Below are positions 1 to 10,341 of a stretch of DNA of 35,219 bases, in pieces. The stretch lies in the NCBI GenBank assembly GCA_947631135.1, contig CANRKE010000003.1, forward strand, positions 1 through 35,219, in the 5' to 3' direction. Within the stretch, counting starts at the first letter, position 1. Every line of letters starts with the position of its first letter. This DNA comes from an uncultured Bacilli bacterium (GTDB lineage: Bacteria > Bacillota_I > Bacilli_A > RF39 > UBA660). A program made the position numbers and the translations under genes. The notes beneath the pieces are model-generated. The model saw nothing but the letters and a program-made list of their open reading frames with translations, had not been told where the DNA came from and did no database searches.

Positions 1-1
1 T

Positions 2-1330
2 GAAGATGAGGTACTTAAGTATGCTCCTAAACATGAATTTAGTGTAAGAAATAATAATAACAAAGAAATATATTTAAGTTTTAAATTAACCAATTTAAAT
101 ATTGATAAAGAAATATATAATGATAGTAATTTAAGATATAGTTTGTATCATAATGATGAAAAAATTGGAGTTGGATCATTTGAAGCATATGATGAAAAAA
201 CAAAAGAATTAACACTTTTAACAAACATAAAACAAAATGCGTCATCAGAAGAAAGTTACCAATTATATATTTGGATAAGAGATAATGGAGGAAATCAAAA
301 TCATTTTCTAAATATAAATTTAGATGGAAAAATAAAAGTAGAAGGATATGATAAAGAATTACCAACATTAGCTAGTGCGATATTAGGTAAGAATAATAAA
401 AACGTAATAACTGAAACACCAGATTTCAGTAAAGTTGCAGTATCACAAGAATATTATGATACATTAACAGAAAGTACTAATCCAAAACAATCACAAGCAA
501 TTGTTGAAAATGGATTATACCAAGATGAAGACGCAGATGGAAAAACATATTACTATAGAGGAAATGTAGAGAATAACTATGTAAAGGTACCTGGACTTAA
601 ATGGACTAATGACGATGGTGAATATCACAAAAAAGGAGAGGATATGTTATTTAGAATAGTAAGAATAAATGGAGATGGAACAATAAGAATAATAGCGAAT
701 GGTTCTATTGGAAAAAGTAAATTTAATGAACAAATAGATGTTGAAAAAGCTGTTGGATATACATACGACAACAATAAAACGTGTACAAAAAATAGTATAT
801 GTAATGGAAGTGAAGGAACACCATCAACCATAAAATCATTCTTAGATGATTGGTATCAAAATAATTTATTAGAATATGACTTATTATTTGCTAGTACAAG
901 GTATTGTAATGATACAACAACTAGCGATATAAGTAGTAATAGATTATATTATGGATCATACGGGAGAATAGTTTCAAACAAAACACCAAGTTATATATGT
1001 CCAAATACAGATAAATTATATGGAGGAGAATATAATTTAAAGATAGGATTATTATCTGCAGATGAAGCAGTATTTGCTGGTGGGAAATATGTAACAAATA
1101 ACCACAATTATTATTTATTTGGAAATTCTTATTGGAAGTTGCTGGGATCACCTAGCCAGTATATCAAAGGTAATCATGCATATGAATTAGTCATGGATGA
1201 AAATGGTATGCTCAATGGCTACAGTGTTTACAATGTTTCCGGTTCAGCAGTACCTGTTTTAAATTTAAAGGCTCAAACACTATATGTAAGCGGGAATGGA
1301 ACGAAGGACGATCCATACATTTTAAAATAA
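2..1330 (+). CDS. 5'-truncated predicted surface/exported protein with a C-terminal DUF6273-like (possibly C-type-lectin-like) domain
   Basis: The frame is open from base 2 (EDEVLKYAPKHEF...), in frame with the 143..1330 ORF, so the true start lies outside the window. Motifs YYYRGNVENNYV, FRIVRINGDGTIRII, IGLLSADE and PVLNLK...SGNGTKDDPY are shared in degenerate form with 15544..16872. Confidence 0.6.
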   Translation, partial: EDEVLKYAPKHEFSVRNNNNKEIYLSFKLTNLNIDKEIYNDSNLRYSLYHNDEKIGVGSFEAYDEKTKELTLLTNIKQNASSEESYQLYIWIRDNGGNQNHFLNINLDGKIKVEGYDKELPTLASAILGKNNKNVITETPDFSKVAVSQEYYDTLTESTNPKQSQAIVENGLYQDEDADGKTYYYRGNVENNYVKVPGLKWTNDDGEYHKKGEDMLFRIVRINGDGTIRIIANGSIGKSKFNEQIDVEKAVGYTYDNNKTCTKNSICNGSEGTPSTIKSFLDDWYQNNLLEYDLLFASTRYCNDTTTSDISSNRLYYGSYGRIVSNKTPSYICPNTDKLYGGEYNLKIGLLSADEAVFAGGKYVTNNHNYYLFGNSYWKLLGSPSQYIKGNHAYELVMDENGMLNGYSVYNVSGSAVPVLNLKAQTLYVSGNGTKDDPYILK

Positions 1331-1337
1331 AATTTAT

Positions 1338-1372
1338 AAAAATATCATAATATTAAATGTTGTGGTATTTTT
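1338..1372 (+). terminator. Intrinsic terminator-like hairpin; near-identical copy at 35104..35138
   Basis: aaaaatatcataata-ttaaa-tgttgtggtattttt, 7 nt after the stop codon; the stem contains G-U pairs. Confidence 0.6.
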
Positions 1373-1524
1373 GCGCTTATTAAGAAATAAAAAATTGTAA
1401 AATAAGCCAATATAGATTATCATCAAAATAATATTTATTGAATATAATTAAAAAATAAATTAAAAATGTTAACATTTTAATATATTTTTGGTAAAATATA
1501 GATATTGAAAAAGGACGTGAAGTT

Positions 1525-4500
1525 ATGAAAAAGTTTGAAAGTTTAGAAAATCAAAATATTTCTTTGAATGAAGATAAAATATCTGAATATTGGGATAAGA
1601 TAAATATTTTAGATGAAAGTATTAAATTGCGTAAAGATAGTAAAAATTTTGTATTCTATGATGGACCTGCAACAGCAAATAATATGCCTAAAATTCATCA
1701 TATGCTTGCTAAAATATTAAAGGATACATTCTGTAAATATAAAACTATGAAAGGGTATAAAGTTCTTAGAAAAGCTGGTTGGGATACACAAGGATTGCCA
1801 GTTGAACTAGAAGTAGAAAAGGAATTAGGTTTTACAAATAAAGGTCAAATAGAAGAATATGGAATAGAAGCTTTTAATAAAAAATGTAGAGAAAGTGTTT
1901 GGAAAAATGAAAAAGCATTTTCAGATTTTACAAAGAAGATGGGACAATTTATAGATTTAGATCATCCATATGTTACATATGATAATGATTATTTGGAAAC
2001 AATATGGTGGATATTAGATCAATTTAATAAAAAAGGATTAATATATGAAGGACATAAAATATTACCTTATTGTACTCGTTGTGGAACAGGACTTGCTAGT
2101 CATGAAGTAGCTCAAGGTTATAAAGAAATAACTGCTAATACTGTAATAGTGCCTATGAAATTAAAAGATAAAGATGAATATTTCTTAGTATGGACAACAA
2201 CACCTTGGACACTTATATCTAATGTTGCACTTGCAGTTAATCCAAAAATGACTTATATAAAAGTTGAAAGTAAAGGATATAAATTTATACTTGCTTCATC
2301 TTTAGCTGATAAAGTATTAGGAGAAGGATATAAAGTTCTTGAAACTATGGAAGGTAAAGATTTAGAGTATGTTGAATATGAACAATTGATGCCATTTTTG
2401 TGTGTTGATAAAAAAGGATTTTATGTAACACTTGCTGATTATGTTAGTGATTCAGATGGAACTGGTATAGTTCATATTGCTCCAGCATTTGGTGCGGATG
2501 ACTACGAAGTTGGTAAGAATTATGATTTACCATTTTTAAATCCAGTATTAGAAAATGGGTGCTATTCTACTGGACCATGGGAAGGTATGAAAGTATTTGA
2601 TGCAGATTTAGAAGTAATTAAATGGCTTAAAGAAAATGATAAGTTATTTAAGAAAGAAAAAATAAAACATAATTATCCACATTGTTGGAGATGTAAAACA
2701 CCACTTTTATATTATGCTAAACCATCATATTATATAAAAGTAACTGATTATAAAGATAAAATGATAGAAGAAAATAAAAAAGTAAATTGGTATCCTGATT
2801 TTGTTGGAGAAAAAAGATTTGATAACTGGTTAGAGAATTTACAAGATTGGGCAATATCAAGGAACAGATATTGGGGTACACCACTTAATATTTGGAAGTG
2901 TTCTTGTGGAAATTCTATTTCAGTAGCCTCACGTAAAGAGTTAGCGCAATTAGCAATCGAAGATATAGATGAAAATATCGAATTGCATAGACCATATGTA
3001 GATCAAATTCATATCAAATGTAGTAAATGTGGTAAAGAAATGTCAAGAGTTAGTGATGTAGTAGATGTATGGTTTGATAGTGGTGCGATGCCATTTGCTC
3101 AATATCATTATCCATTTGAAAACAAAGAATTATTTGAAAGTCAATTTCCTGCAGACTTCATATCGGAAGGAGTAGACCAAACACGTGGTTGGTTCTATAG
3201 TCTACTTGCAATATCAACATTTGTCAAAGGTAAATCACCATATAAAAACGTATTAGTTAATGATATGCTTTTAGATAAATATGGATATAAGATGAGTAAG
3301 TCAAGAGGAAATGGTATAGATCCATTTGAATTAATCGATAAATATGGAGCTGATAATATAAGATGGTATTTACTTTATGTATCACCAGTTTGGACACCAA
3401 CTAAGTTTGATGAAGAAGGATTAAAAGAAGTCTATTCAAAATTTTATAGTACACTTAAAAATACATATAACTTCTTTGCATTATATGCTAATACAGATAA
3501 AGTAGATCCGAAAGAATTCTATTGTGAAATAAAAGATCGTGATATGATAGATAAATGGTTATTATCAAAATATAATACACTTGTATTAAATGTAACAAAT
3601 GCGTTTGAGGAATATGATTTAACTAAAGCTGTTAGAATGATAACTGACTTTGTAAGTGATGATTTATCTAACTGGTATATAAGAAGAACAAGAAGAAGAT
3701 TCTGGGCAAGTGAACTTGATAACAGTAAAAAATCAGTTTACAATACAACTTATGAAGTATTAGAATCATTATCTAGGTTAATTGCTCCAATAGTACCATT
3801 TATTTCTGAAGAAATGTATAGAAAGCTAACTAATGAAAAATCAGTTCATTTAGCAGATTATCCAGTATGTAATAAGAAACTTATCAATGAAGAAATTACA
3901 GAAAAAATGGATTTAGTTAGAGATTTAATAAGCCTTGGAAGATTTGCAAGAGAAGATGCTAAAGTAAAAGTAAGACAACCAATTAAAGAGATATTAATAG
4001 ATGCTAAATACAAAAATATAATTGGAGATTTAGAAGACTTAATCAAAGAAGAATTAAATGTCAAAGAAATAGTATATAAAACTGATTTAACAGAATATAT
4101 TGACTTTAATATTAAACCAAATTTCAAAGTATGTGGCAAAATGTTTGGTAAAAATATTGGTGAATATAGCAAAGTATTAAATGAATTAACAATAGATCAA
4201 ATAAATGATTTAAATAATGATAAAGAAATAACTGTCAAATTTATGAATGAAGATTTAACTATAACTAAAGATATGACAGATATTAGGATATCTTCTAAAG
4301 AAGGATTTAATATAAAACAAGAAAATAATAAATTTATAATACTCAATGCTAAATTAGATAATGAACTTATAATGGAAGGTATTGCACGTGAAATAATATC
4401 TAAAATACAAAATATGAGAAAAGCTCATGATTTTGAAGTAATGGATAAAATAAATATTAAATATAATACTAAAGATAAATTAGTAATAGATTCAGTAAAT

Positions 4501-4620
4501 AAATATGCTAAATTTATAAATAAAGAAACAGTATCTAATAGTATTGAACTTGTTAGTGATAATCTTGATGCAAATGATATTAATGGTTATGAAGTTATGT
4601 TAGATGTTGAAAAAATGTAA
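1525..4620 (+). CDS. ileS: Isoleucine--tRNA ligase, long type 2-like form
   Basis: 1031 aa; FYDGPATAN, GWDTQGLPVE, WTTTPWTL, GTGIVHIAPAFG, DWAISRNRYWGTP, EGVDQTRGWFYSL, KMSKS (3289..3303), WYIRRTRRRFW. The HIGH-equivalent motif reads KIHH. Confidence 0.97.
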   Translation: MKKFESLENQNISLNEDKISEYWDKINILDESIKLRKDSKNFVFYDGPATANNMPKIHHMLAKILKDTFCKYKTMKGYKVLRKAGWDTQGLPVELEVEKELGFTNKGQIEEYGIEAFNKKCRESVWKNEKAFSDFTKKMGQFIDLDHPYVTYDNDYLETIWWILDQFNKKGLIYEGHKILPYCTRCGTGLASHEVAQGYKEITANTVIVPMKLKDKDEYFLVWTTTPWTLISNVALAVNPKMTYIKVESKGYKFILASSLADKVLGEGYKVLETMEGKDLEYVEYEQLMPFLCVDKKGFYVTLADYVSDSDGTGIVHIAPAFGADDYEVGKNYDLPFLNPVLENGCYSTGPWEGMKVFDADLEVIKWLKENDKLFKKEKIKHNYPHCWRCKTPLLYYAKPSYYIKVTDYKDKMIEENKKVNWYPDFVGEKRFDNWLENLQDWAISRNRYWGTPLNIWKCSCGNSISVASRKELAQLAIEDIDENIELHRPYVDQIHIKCSKCGKEMSRVSDVVDVWFDSGAMPFAQYHYPFENKELFESQFPADFISEGVDQTRGWFYSLLAISTFVKGKSPYKNVLVNDMLLDKYGYKMSKSRGNGIDPFELIDKYGADNIRWYLLYVSPVWTPTKFDEEGLKEVYSKFYSTLKNTYNFFALYANTDKVDPKEFYCEIKDRDMIDKWLLSKYNTLVLNVTNAFEEYDLTKAVRMITDFVSDDLSNWYIRRTRRRFWASELDNSKKSVYNTTYEVLESLSRLIAPIVPFISEEMYRKLTNEKSVHLADYPVCNKKLINEEITEKMDLVRDLISLGRFAREDAKVKVRQPIKEILIDAKYKNIIGDLEDLIKEELNVKEIVYKTDLTEYIDFNIKPNFKVCGKMFGKNIGEYSKVLNELTIDQINDLNNDKEITVKFMNEDLTITKDMTDIRISSKEGFNIKQENNKFIILNAKLDNELIMEGIAREIISKIQNMRKAHDFEVMDKINIKYNTKDKLVIDSVNKYAKFINKETVSNSIELVSDNLDANDINGYEVMLDVEKM

Positions 4621-4647
4621 AAAGAGTTGATTTATTCAACTTTTTTT
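4619..4647. terminator. Bidirectional terminator between convergent ileS and sortase
   Basis: aaaagagttga-tttat-tcaactttttt inverted repeat flanked by A and T tracts. Confidence 0.75.
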
Positions 4648-6223
4648 ATATTTGTTTTGCATGTATTGCAATTCTTTCTTTACCATGGTTATAACAAGTA
4701 CTTATTGTAAGAATTTTATCGTTAATACTTACATCAGTATTAAAATCATATATACTTTTTTGTTTTACTTCAGAAATAAATTCATTAAATCTATCTTCAT
4801 TATTGTAAAAGTTTGTCCAAATATAATAGTATTCTGGATTAGTTACATATATTGCAAATATTTGAAATTGCATAGAAGAATATAAACTATTAAATTTTAT
4901 TATTTGATTATTTTTATTTGTATACCAACTTTTATTTAAAACTTTATATAAAGAACCAAACATAGTATCATTAATAGTATTAGAATGCCCATATATTATT
5001 GTATTTTGATCCATATTATCGATTTCATTTCTATAATCCATAAATACCCAACCAGCATTATTAACTTTATTATAAAAATTATGTTTTAAATAATAATTAT
5101 TATCTTCATGTTTAACAACAGGATAATTTACATTAGTATTATTTATTTTCAACCAACCAACAAATTCTGGATTAATACTTAATAATGTATCAAAATCTTC
5201 TGTTAGAACATTACTTGTAGTTGTAGTAGTTGTATTATTTTCCTGGACATTATCTGTTACCTCAACTTGTTCATCATTACTATTAATCAATATATCATCA
5301 CTATTATCTAACATATCAAGTATACCTGATATATTTTGAACATCATCTATTGCTTTATTAGTTTTATATTCATAATAACCGATTATTCCAAATGATATAA
5401 TTATAGTTATAAATATAATTATCATAGAAGTTTTAAGATATACATTATTTAATTCTTTCATAAAATATTTTTCTTTATAATCATTAGAATAATTAGAATT
5501 TATATCAATTTTATATTTATCACATTTTTCTTTCTGTAATCTTCTTAAAAATTTAATACTTTTTCTAAGTAACCATGAATTACCTTCATCAATATTTAGA
5601 TTTATTATAATATCATGTTTATTATTTTTAATTAACAGATTAATAATTTTTTTAATAATTTTATTATCATAATATAATATATTAATAGATGTTAAATAAT
5701 TATTAATATTTAAAAAATATTCAATATCAGATATACTACATTTATTATCAATTAATAATTCTGTTTTATAATATATTAAAGAACTTGTCTTAATATTATT
5801 TATTTGGTATATATGACTATTATATACTTCATTAGTAGTAATAAATAATCTATCATTACTATCTATTATATTAAATAATGAACTATTTATTTCGTAACAC
5901 TTTATTATTTTTATATTATTTGATTCTAATAATTTATATATATAATTATTATCTAATAATATTTTAATATCTATAATAATAACTGTTATATATTTAATAC
6001 TTTGAATAATACTAATAATATCATCTAATAGTAATTTATTAGATATAACTAATGTATATACATTATCTTTATTTGTTATTCTATTTATATAATTTATTAA
6101 TAAACTTTTATTATTTTTAAAATCATTCAAATTTATTAATGTTTCATTATTATTAGTTTTAGTTTTTTGAGTTATTTTAATACTAATTATATTGTTATCC
6201 TTTCTTATAATAATAGATTTCAT
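4646..6223 (-). CDS. srtB: Class B sortase with ~265-aa N-terminal extension
   Basis: The C-terminal domain has GWLKINNTNVNYPVV, YYLKHNF, GWVFMDYRN, NTIIYGHS, MFGSL and catalytic ILTISTC...R. A single TM (IIIFITIIISFGIIGYY) lies mid-protein. Start at 6223 (ggtggt RBS) or 6235. Confidence 0.85.
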   Translation of the reverse strand: MKSIIIRKDNNIISIKITQKTKTNNNETLINLNDFKNNKSLLINYINRITNKDNVYTLVISNKLLLDDIISIIQSIKYITVIIIDIKILLDNNYIYKLLESNNIKIIKCYEINSSLFNIIDSNDRLFITTNEVYNSHIYQINNIKTSSLIYYKTELLIDNKCSISDIEYFLNINNYLTSINILYYDNKIIKKIINLLIKNNKHDIIINLNIDEGNSWLLRKSIKFLRRLQKEKCDKYKIDINSNYSNDYKEKYFMKELNNVYLKTSMIIIFITIIISFGIIGYYEYKTNKAIDDVQNISGILDMLDNSDDILINSNDEQVEVTDNVQENNTTTTTTSNVLTEDFDTLLSINPEFVGWLKINNTNVNYPVVKHEDNNYYLKHNFYNKVNNAGWVFMDYRNEIDNMDQNTIIYGHSNTINDTMFGSLYKVLNKSWYTNKNNQIIKFNSLYSSMQFQIFAIYVTNPEYYYIWTNFYNNEDRFNEFISEVKQKSIYDFNTDVSINDKILTISTCYNHGKERIAIHAKQI

Positions 6224-6435
6224 ATATACCACCATTATTAGTTTATTTAAATATTATTAAATAATACATTTTTAAATATAGTTTAATGAACTATCATTAT
6301 TTATAATATTTATTGTTGTAATATCAATTTATATATACTAAAAATAATAATAAATTATTAAAATTAATTTTATTTGTTATTATTAATAATTTATAGTATA
6401 ATATGATATGTTATATGGGAGGAATGAATATAATT

Positions 6436-6732
6436 ATGAAAATAACATATTTAGAAGATAGTAAAAAATTTGAAGAATTAACTAAAAAAAGGGTATTAGT
6501 AGATTTTTATGCAGATTGGTGTGGACCATGTAAAATGATGAGTGGTGTATTAGAGAAAGTAGAATCTAATATGGAATGTTTAAAAGTTAATGTGGATAAA
6601 TTTAATGATTTAGCACTCAAATATGGAATAATGAGTATACCTACAGTTATAATATTTCAAGATGGTAAAGAAATCAAAAAAAATATTGGATTTATGGATT
6701 TAGAAGAATTAAATAATTTCATTAATAAGTAA
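6436..6732 (+). CDS. trxA: Thioredoxin
   Basis: VLVDFYADWCGPCK and SIPT motifs; the ggagga RBS favours ATG 6436 over 6403. Confidence 0.93.
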   Translation: MKITYLEDSKKFEELTKKRVLVDFYADWCGPCKMMSGVLEKVESNMECLKVNVDKFNDLALKYGIMSIPTVIIFQDGKEIKKNIGFMDLEELNNFINK

Positions 6733-6828
6733 TATTTTATTAACATTTTTTATATTTTTATATAAATTTATTTGATTTTATTTAATAATATAGTATAATT
6801 AATTTATATAATATAGGAGATGTTAAAA

Positions 6829-7311
6829 ATGAATATGAAAAAAATAAAGAAAATATGGAATGATAATAGAATACCTTGTTTATTTTGTTTAGTTTTAATT
6901 ACAGTAGTTGTTGTGTTTTTATCAATGATATTACCAATGTATGCTAAAAATGGAGATAAATATGGTAATAGATTAGTAGGAATAGAAGATGTAAAAATAG
7001 ACAAAGATACAGAAAAAGATATACAAGATATGTTTACATCAAACGAAAATGTTTCTGATGTTATAGCATTTACTAAAGGGAAGATTCTTAATGTATTAAT
7101 AAATTTAAATGATAATGTTGATGTTAATACATTAGTTGATCCATCAGCAAGTGTTGTTGATGCACTAACTAGTGATCAATTAAAGTTTTATGATATACAA
7201 ATATTTATAACATCAAAAATTAGTAATGAAGATGAAGGAGATATAGAAAAGACAATTGTTGGATATAAGAATAGTGAAGCTGATAGTTTTTCTTGGACCA
7301 ACAATAGATAG
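6829..7311 (+). CDS. Hypothetical membrane-anchored protein
   Basis: Basic N-terminus, one TM and an acidic domain; aggag RBS upstream of ATG 6829; first gene of an apparent 3-gene operon. Confidence 0.7.
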   Translation: MNMKKIKKIWNDNRIPCLFCLVLITVVVVFLSMILPMYAKNGDKYGNRLVGIEDVKIDKDTEKDIQDMFTSNENVSDVIAFTKGKILNVLINLNDNVDVNTLVDPSASVVDALTSDQLKFYDIQIFITSKISNEDEGDIEKTIVGYKNSEADSFSWTNNR

Positions 7312-7323
7312 GAGTAACTATAA

Positions 7324-9366
7324 ATGAAAAAAAATAAAAAGATATTGTTAATAAGTGGTATATCGATTGTTGTAATCGCACTTTTATCAACTATATATGT
7401 CATTTTAACAACACCAGATAAAGATACAACATTAACAGCTATAGAAAAAAGATATGTAACAAGAAATAAAAGTAAAGTGTTAAATATTGCAATACCAAAT
7501 GATATACCTGTATTTAGTTTAAATGGTGAAGGTGTATTTTTCGATTTTGTAAAAGATTTTAGTGATGATATAGAATTAAAATTAAATGAAGTACCATACA
7601 ACATTGGAGAAGAACCATCATTATATGATTATAAATTTGAGATTACAAGAGATGTAGATAAAAATCAAATCTTATTATACCAAGATTATTATGTTGCATT
7701 GTCACAACAAAATGAAAAATTATCAAGTATAAATGATTTAAATAAGATGAGTATAGGTACAATCAATAATAATATGGAGAATATAACATATTATTTAAAT
7801 GATATAGATGCATCATTTATACAAAAGAAAAGCATAGATGATTTATTTACTGGGCTTGAAAAAGAAGAATATGATATAGTAATAGTTCCATATATGACAT
7901 ATTTAAATGAGATATTATCTAAAAAATTTAATATAGTATATAATTTTAATGATATAAAAGATAATTATGTACTTACATTATCAGATAATAATGATACAGT
8001 AAATACGATACTAAAAAAATATTATGAACTATGGAACCAAAATGATTATATAAAATCATATAATGAAGCATATAAAACAATTTATTATTCAGTAAAAGGT
8101 ATAAAGTCTAAAGATCAAGCACAATTAGTTGGAAAAGTTTATAACTACGGATATGTAGATAATCTACCATTTGAAAAAGTTGTAAATAAAAATTTAATAG
8201 GTATTAATGGAGAGTATATAAATTCATTTGCTAATTTAACAGATTCAGAATTTAAATTTAAAAAATATAATTCAATAAGCGATCTAATTGAAGCATTTAA
8301 TAATAATGAAGTAGATATAATTTTTAATAATTTTAATACAAGTAATGCGTTATCTGATGCATATCAAACAATATCTACATATAAAGAAAAATTTGTAGTA
8401 CTTGCAAATATAAAAAATAATTTTATAATAGATACATCTAGAGGTTTAAAAGATGAAACGGTATATGCACTTGAAGATAGTGACCTTGCAACATATATAA
8501 AATCTAATACAGAAGCTAAATTAAAGACATTTAAAAATTATGGGGTATTATTGAATAATTTAAAAGATGATATGTTAGTCATAATGGATTATGATGTATA
8601 CAATTATTATAAAAATGATGAATTAAAAGATTATTATATTGCATATACATCAACATTTGATAATTCGTATAATTTTATAATTAAGAATAATAATAGTAAT
8701 AATATATTATTACAAATGTTCAATGATTTTATATCAAGTAGAAGTTTTGAACATATAAAAGTTAATGCATACAAAAATATAACAATCAATCCTAAAAATG
8801 AAACACTTGCACAAACTATATTTAATTATTTACTGTTTATAGTGTTCCCACTAATAATAATAATTTTGATATTATCAGTTATATTTAAAAAGAGAAAAGA
8901 GAAAAAAGTAATTAAAAAAGATGAAAAATTAAGATATATAGATATGCTTACATCACTTAAAAATAGAAATTATTTGAACGCAAATATAGAAACATGGGAT
9001 GAAGCAAAAGTATATCCACAAACTGTAATAATAATAGATTTAAATAATTTAAAATATATAAATGATAATTTTGGACATGAAGAAGGAGATAATGTTATTA
9101 AAGCAGCTGCTAATATACTTATAAAAACACAATTAGAAAGTAGTGAAATAATAAGGACAGATGGTAATGAATTTCTTATATATTTAATAGGATATAAAGA
9201 AGAACAAATAGTTAGTTATATGAGAAAATTATATAAAGCTATGAAAGATTTACCACATGGATATGGTGCAGCATTTGGTTATAGTATGATAGATGATGAT
9301 ATTAAACTTTTAGATGACGCTATTAACGAAGCTACATTAGATATGAGAAGTAATAAAGAATCATAG
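7324..9366 (+). CDS. Membrane protein with tandem solute-binding-like extracellular domains and a degenerate GGDEF domain
   Basis: N-terminal TM, two similar PBP-like segments (IPVFS/LPFEK), a second TM, then DMLTSLKNR, IIIDLNNLKYINDNFGHEEGD and RTDGNEF in place of R.GGDEF. Confidence 0.8.
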   Translation: MKKNKKILLISGISIVVIALLSTIYVILTTPDKDTTLTAIEKRYVTRNKSKVLNIAIPNDIPVFSLNGEGVFFDFVKDFSDDIELKLNEVPYNIGEEPSLYDYKFEITRDVDKNQILLYQDYYVALSQQNEKLSSINDLNKMSIGTINNNMENITYYLNDIDASFIQKKSIDDLFTGLEKEEYDIVIVPYMTYLNEILSKKFNIVYNFNDIKDNYVLTLSDNNDTVNTILKKYYELWNQNDYIKSYNEAYKTIYYSVKGIKSKDQAQLVGKVYNYGYVDNLPFEKVVNKNLIGINGEYINSFANLTDSEFKFKKYNSISDLIEAFNNNEVDIIFNNFNTSNALSDAYQTISTYKEKFVVLANIKNNFIIDTSRGLKDETVYALEDSDLATYIKSNTEAKLKTFKNYGVLLNNLKDDMLVIMDYDVYNYYKNDELKDYYIAYTSTFDNSYNFIIKNNNSNNILLQMFNDFISSRSFEHIKVNAYKNITINPKNETLAQTIFNYLLFIVFPLIIIILILSVIFKKRKEKKVIKKDEKLRYIDMLTSLKNRNYLNANIETWDEAKVYPQTVIIIDLNNLKYINDNFGHEEGDNVIKAAANILIKTQLESSEIIRTDGNEFLIYLIGYKEEQIVSYMRKLYKAMKDLPHGYGAAFGYSMIDDDIKLLDDAINEATLDMRSNKES

Positions 9367-9374
9367 GTGAAAAT

Positions 9375-10235
9375 ATGAAGACAAAAATTGCTGATATTTT
9401 AAGTAAGATAATATTAATATTAAGAAGACCTGATATGAATATATTACCAGGTCATCTTGCTTTCTTTTTTGTACTTGCTTTAATACCACTTCTTACACTT
9501 GTAACTTTTTTTGCAACTATCTTTAATATTCCCATACATGAAATATCAAATACAGTTGGGAATTTACCTAATGGTATAGTTGAAATACTTAAACCAGCTT
9601 TTACAGCTACTAGTATTACTTTTGGAAATATTATAATTTTATTAATATCTTTCTTTGTTGCATCTAATGGTGCAGATGCAGTAATACTTACATCAAATAA
9701 ACTATATAATATTAATAAATCTTCTATAGTTGAAAGAAGAATAAAAGCTATCATAGTAACTATTATATTTATATGTTTATTCCTATTTATGTTACTTATT
9801 CCTGTATTTGGAAATATAATAATTGAATTAATATCTAATTTTGTTAATGATACAGTTTATAAGAGTATAAAGACTATATATAATATACTTCAATTTCCTC
9901 TTTCTTTATTATTTGTATACTTTAATATAAAAGTAATTTATACTATTGCTCCAGATAAGAAAATAAAGAGTAAAGATGTATCAAATGGTGCAGTATTTAC
10001 TACTATTAGTTGGGTAGTAATAAGTCAAATATATGCATTTTATATTAATAATTTAGCAAATTATAGTAGAATATATGGTAATTTTACTAATATAATAATA
10101 CTTATGTTATTCATATATTTATTATCTACAATATTTGTTATAGGAATGGCTTTAAATGCATATAAAAATGAATTAAATGATGAAATAAGTAAAACTGGAC
10201 GTATGAATATAATAAAATCAATACATAATATTTAA
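9375..10235 (+). CDS. YihY/virulence factor BrkB family membrane protein
   Basis: ~6 TMs; LAFFFVLALIP, YTIAPD, GAVFTT..W and YSRIYGNF motifs. Confidence 0.88.
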   Translation: MKTKIADILSKIILILRRPDMNILPGHLAFFFVLALIPLLTLVTFFATIFNIPIHEISNTVGNLPNGIVEILKPAFTATSITFGNIIILLISFFVASNGADAVILTSNKLYNINKSSIVERRIKAIIVTIIFICLFLFMLLIPVFGNIIIELISNFVNDTVYKSIKTIYNILQFPLSLLFVYFNIKVIYTIAPDKKIKSKDVSNGAVFTTISWVVISQIYAFYINNLANYSRIYGNFTNIIILMLFIYLLSTIFVIGMALNAYKNELNDEISKTGRMNIIKSIHNI

Positions 10236-10341
10236 TGGGAGAAATCCCATATTTGTGGACTTTAAAGTACAAAAACGTTTTACTGTGAACTTAATCATGT
10301 ATTTGTTATTTTTGTTCTCCTTGTTGAGCTTTAAAGTTAGG

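Noticed and set aside
1331-1524. T-box riboswitch upstream of ileS
   Set aside because: The leader is short and AT-rich with no GGTGGnACCGCG T-box sequence, and a -10-like element lies close to the start.
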